DNA of 64,000 nucleotides from Phoronis australis. Taxonomy: Eukaryota > Animalia > Phoronida. The position numbers and the translations under genes were made by a program. Positions 63,596 through 64,000 of the stretch are shown here, piece after piece; positions within the stretch are counted from its first letter, which is position 1, and each line of letters opens with the position of its first letter. Where the stretch lies: contig NMRA01000075.1 of the NCBI GenBank assembly GCA_002633005.1, positions 605 through 64,604 on the forward strand, written 5' to 3'. The notes below the pieces were generated by a model, which ran no database searches, was not told the DNA's origin, and saw only the letters and a list, made by a program, of their open reading frames with translations.

Positions 63596-64000
63596 TAACT
63601 TGTTAAATGCATTTATCGTCATTATTTTGACACTTGTCTCTTTATTTTGATACCAGTCCTTGGGGTTTATTTTGCATTACTCATCTCTATTTATAGCTTC
63701 AAGGGCCTACTTTTGTATTCATACATTTCTCTACGCGACTCCTGATTGGTCGCCCATATTTCCTTTGTTCAGTTCAACGTGGTCTCTCATTCAGCCACCT
63801 ACCTCGTCGTCTACAAGACCTACGTTCGTTCTCTGCAGAATCTTCGTTGAGCTAATCCAGATCGACACACTAAGGTTTTACTAAACCCCCAGCCTGATTC
63901 TAACTAAACCAGACTTTCAGGCTTTTGAACTGCTATGGTGAAATGCATGTTAAGTCTAACATTAGGTTTAAGAAGACTGGGTCCAAGTCTTAAACATTTT

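Overview
Repeat-rich, AT-rich (roughly 37% GC by eye) animal genomic DNA, most likely a marine invertebrate draft assembly, with single-n contig joins at 4744, 13086, 20696, 24316, 40640, 52681 and 60061 and an N gap at 14777-15445. Four spliced host genes can be read. (1) A minus-strand gene with tandem 99-nt ankyrin-repeat exons that can be spliced in phase to PB1-like and SAMD3-like exons (261-13039). (2) Four internal exons of eIF2A on the plus strand (20525-24172), with two consecutive U12-type (minor spliceosome) introns. (3) Two exons of a tetraspanin on the minus strand (25194-29105). (4) A complete five-exon Shaw/Kv3-type potassium channel on the minus strand (34300-54341) with a GC-AG intron and a TVP instead of PVP gate motif. 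Most of the remainder is transposon-derived: an APE-RT LINE, Penelope-like remnants with hammerhead ribozymes, an IS3EU-like element, a Kolobok element, another THAP/TIR element, a Helentron-type HINE, Harbinger-type and other MITEs, LINE fragments and microsatellites. The most notable observation is the ankyrin exon-cassette array, whose exons have diverged faster than their flanking introns and almost entirely by amino-acid-changing substitutions. All calls come from reading the sequence by eye; no database search was run.
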